DNA of 10,013 nucleotides from Candidatus Aenigmatarchaeota archaeon (GTDB lineage Archaea; Aenigmatarchaeota; Aenigmatarchaeia; QMZP01): NCBI GenBank assembly GCA_038999435.1, contig JAVZYR010000020.1, positions 1 to 10,013 of the forward strand, read 5' to 3'. Shown piece by piece: positions 7,428 to 10,013 of this stretch (position 1 is its first letter; each line of letters starts with the position of its first letter). The notes under the pieces were generated by a model. It saw only the letters and a program-made list of their open reading frames with translations, ran no database searches and was not told where the DNA came from. The position numbers and the translations under genes were made by a program.

Positions 7428-7987
7428 TTTTGTGCTGTTTTCCCCTCACATTCTCCTTCTATAGAGCTAACTGCAAAACAACCCTTTTCTCTTTTTATTG
7501 TAATGCAATAGACCTTTTGACCTCCTTCCTCTCCTTCCAGACTAAGCTCTTGGCAGAATGGCATATCCATATTAATACACTCCTCTTTTATGCCACCAAG
7601 CTCTTCTTTCCACCATTTTTGAATTGCATCTTTAATATCACCAGGTATGTGCCAAATCTTGAGATAATCATACCATTTTTTTTCTTCTTTTGGCATAATA
7701 GGTGTTATAATAATATATCCTTTTGCTTCTTCTTCGCAAAATCCCTGCCTTGAATTTACAAATTTGAGAAAAGAAACACAGTCTCCTATCGTGATTGTTT
7801 CTGACTTTTCCTTTTCCCATGGCAAAAGGGTAAGCTCTCCAATCTTAGAGCTTGCAACAGCCCAACAAGGGCTAAAAGGGCCGTACTTGAGCAAGGGCCA
7901 TACACGTACAGCAACAATAACTATCACAATCATGAGCATGAGAAGGCTAAATATCACAAGTATGATATCCCTTTCAATACCTCTCAT
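7424..7987 (-). CDS. Prepilin-like Cys-rich protein, 187 aa
   Basis: Start reassigned to ATG 7987: MRG|IERDIILVIFSLLMLMIVIVIVAV; 8 Cys in the soluble part. The 8110 start in the track overlaps a separate small ORF. Confidence 0.72.
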   Translation of the reverse strand: MRGIERDIILVIFSLLMLMIVIVIVAVRVWPLLKYGPFSPCWAVASSKIGELTLLPWEKEKSETITIGDCVSFLKFVNSRQGFCEEEAKGYIIITPIMPKEEKKWYDYLKIWHIPGDIKDAIQKWWKEELGGIKEECINMDMPFCQELSLEGEEGGQKVYCITIKREKGCFAVSSIEGECEGKTAQK

Positions 7988-8019
7988 ATAAAATTTTGTT
8001 TTCAGGGGATTTATTGATA

Positions 8020-8190
8020 TCAACCAGGTAATATAACTGGCTTGCCTACAAATATGCCTTGTATGAAATCCAAAAAAGATTTCACAAGATCCTGCGCACC
8101 TCCACCCCATCCCATAATCACTGCAAGAATTATGAGCACAACTATCAATCCGAGCACAGCTGCTATCAGGATTCTAAGAGACCATTCCAT
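8020..8190 (-). CDS. 56-aa small pilin-like membrane protein (not in the ORF track)
   Basis: Manual translation: MEWSLRILIAAVLGLIVVLIILAVIMGWGGGAQDLVKSFLDFIQGIFVGKPVILPG*. Starts 1 nt after the upstream stop and fills the gap between neighbouring genes. Confidence 0.75.
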   Translation of the reverse strand: MEWSLRILIAAVLGLIVVLIILAVIMGWGGGAQDLVKSFLDFIQGIFVGKPVILPG

Positions 8191-8191
8191 A

Positions 8192-10013
8192 CTATCTTAA
8201 TTGAAAACTTACTTTTTCCATATCCTCTGCCTGTCCATTTGATGTGATAAGCCTTGCCCTGTATACAATATCTATTGTACAGGGAAAATTTATGTTATTC
8301 GACAAGTTGTTTATGTATGGCGATAACTGTGACATAAGCTCTTTTGGCATAGTACCTAATTCTGTCCAGTATCTCTGGTTTTTTATTACATATTTTCTTT
8401 CTATGAGATTTTTTGCCCCTTGCCATGCTAACATATGGAAAGGTGGGCTTAGCCCTGTTGGACAGGTTTTTGGTAGTAGCTCTGCCCATATCTCAACCTC
8501 ACCATCCTGATTTGCAAAGTATTCTAACCTGAATGGCCTGCCACCTGCCCTAATATCAGAAACACTATAAACTAAAAATGATGGTGCAAAAAGTTCTATT
8601 CTTGGGCTTTCATAACTTTCTTGACTATGATGCACAGTTAATGGATTTTTTGATACGAGTTCATTCATATTTGAATCGTGTATCAAATCTATATTCTCTT
8701 CTGTGCCTTTTTTGTTTTCTTCAAGTTCTATTTCTTTCATCTTTTTTAAATCGCTTTTCTCTAACTCTTTTACATATTCATCTATGAGACGCGCAACCTT
8801 CTCAATTTCATTTGCTTTTCTATCTAATTCCTTTTTCCTTTCAACCAAAGAATCTATCTTCTTTTCTATTTGCTCCATCTTTTGAACATATTCCAGTTTT
8901 GTTTTAAAAGAGCGCATCGTACGTTCTACACATTCGATATTAAAATGGGTGAAAAGCCTTATAGACTCTTCGTATCTTTTCTCGAATTCAGCGAGAGCTG
9001 GAGGATAGACAAGATATGCATTATAAATTACTGAACCTACATCTTCCAAATTTTTAATAATGTCATTTGCCTGTTGGCATAGCCCTTTATCCAGGCCTTG
9101 TTTATTAATTAACATATCAAGTGCTTCATTGGGGCAATATTTTAATATCTCATTAAACAGCATATCTATTTGAAATAATTTTTCAGAAACAAAGTCTATC
9201 TCATCACCAAAACCTGGTCTTATGACAAATTCCATCAAAAATTTAGTTGCACTATCGAAAAAATTATCATAACCATAATATTTTCCTAACGCAAAAAGTG
9301 CAGCATCTCCATTTGCTCTTTCAATAATAATCCTTGCAACCAATTCGTTTATTTTTTCAACATCATATGGTGGTTTGATATGTTCAAGTTGATCTGCCAG
9401 TTTTTCGGTATTCTTTGCTGAAGTATAAAGCATATCAAACATTGCTTCTTTAAAAAGTTCAGGACTATCTATTTTTGAAAAATCAAAATTATTTTCATTT
9501 ACAGTTTTTGCTATATAATATAACATTTTATTCAAGACTGTGTTTTGAACCATTTTACTACTTTCTTCCAAAACATCTTTTGCAGTTTCAGGATAATTTG
9601 TCGCTTCTTTCAGACCATCACTGTATTTTTCTATTTTTTTGCCTATGTTTTTAAGCGTGTCACTTTTTAATTTGCTACCATATTTGGTAAGATTGGATGC
9701 AATTACTTCACCCAATTTGGCCTTGATTACCTCAAAGCAATATTTTATTGTTGTTTTTGCTGCACTAAAAAACAGCTCAGAAACAAAACCTACATTATTT
9801 ATTTCTTTATGTTTTTTAGACCATTCTCTTATGTTATTAATCTCGGTCTTCTGAAACAAATCATAACCATAGTTGAGGGCAATATTTGCTCTCGTCATTA
9901 TTTCTTCATCATCAACTATCTCATCACCGTCTGTGATAATCCAGTAATCATTCGATGGACATTTTTCAAATAAATCTTCTGAATCAGCACCAAATGGTCT
10001 ATCTTTTCCTAGC
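8192..10013 (-). CDS. Large hypothetical protein, partial (>600 aa): helical body, coiled coil, C-terminal beta-rich domain
   Basis: The frame stays open upstream of ATG 9898 to the window edge (LGKDRPFGADSEDLFEKCPSNDYWIITDGDEIVDDEEI-MTRAN). Heptad-like K/E-rich segment LEYVQKMEQIEKKIDSLVERKKELDRKANEIEKV. Confidence 0.8.
   Translation of the reverse strand, partial: LGKDRPFGADSEDLFEKCPSNDYWIITDGDEIVDDEEIMTRANIALNYGYDLFQKTEINNIREWSKKHKEINNVGFVSELFFSAAKTTIKYCFEVIKAKLGEVIASNLTKYGSKLKSDTLKNIGKKIEKYSDGLKEATNYPETAKDVLEESSKMVQNTVLNKMLYYIAKTVNENNFDFSKIDSPELFKEAMFDMLYTSAKNTEKLADQLEHIKPPYDVEKINELVARIIIERANGDAALFALGKYYGYDNFFDSATKFLMEFVIRPGFGDEIDFVSEKLFQIDMLFNEILKYCPNEALDMLINKQGLDKGLCQQANDIIKNLEDVGSVIYNAYLVYPPALAEFEKRYEESIRLFTHFNIECVERTMRSFKTKLEYVQKMEQIEKKIDSLVERKKELDRKANEIEKVARLIDEYVKELEKSDLKKMKEIELEENKKGTEENIDLIHDSNMNELVSKNPLTVHHSQESYESPRIELFAPSFLVYSVSDIRAGGRPFRLEYFANQDGEVEIWAELLPKTCPTGLSPPFHMLAWQGAKNLIERKYVIKNQRYWTELGTMPKELMSQLSPYINNLSNNINFPCTIDIVYRARLITSNGQAEDMEKVSFQLR

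Noticed and set aside
7988..8110. 41-aa N-terminal extension of the 228-aa ORF
   Set aside because: It overlaps the 56-aa ORF in another frame, and ATG 7987 gives a clean MRG|hydrophobic start.
4395..9854. Numerous plus-strand ORFs of 60-157 aa in the track
   Set aside because: Antisense shadows of well-supported minus-strand genes, with F/S/I-rich composition and no motifs.
1..10013. CRISPR array, tRNA/rRNA, transposase or integrase
   Set aside because: No regularly spaced repeats, no intergenic gap long enough for such RNA genes, and no recombinase motifs seen by eye.

Overview
Archaeal window (Alba, RNase P Pop5/Rpp14, class III signal-peptide proteins); compactness and protein style suggest a small-genome DPANN-type lineage (inference). 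Left: a minus-strand gatA - GNAT acetyltransferase - gatB(partial) unit joined by ATGA overlaps with no adjacent gatC, a divergent pop5 + EamA transporter pair, a small membrane protein and alba with a hairpin/U-tract terminator. Right: a tightly packed minus-strand cluster: a large partial coiled-coil protein, a 56-aa pilin-like ORF missing from the ORF track, five proteins with prepilin-like N-termini and a ZIP metal transporter. The most interesting element is 5629..6600, a prepilin-like protein carrying an intact-looking M23 zinc peptidase domain (peptidoglycan-hydrolase family) with a 4-Cys insert. It suggests a pilus- or surface-displayed cell-wall-cutting apparatus in an archaeon.
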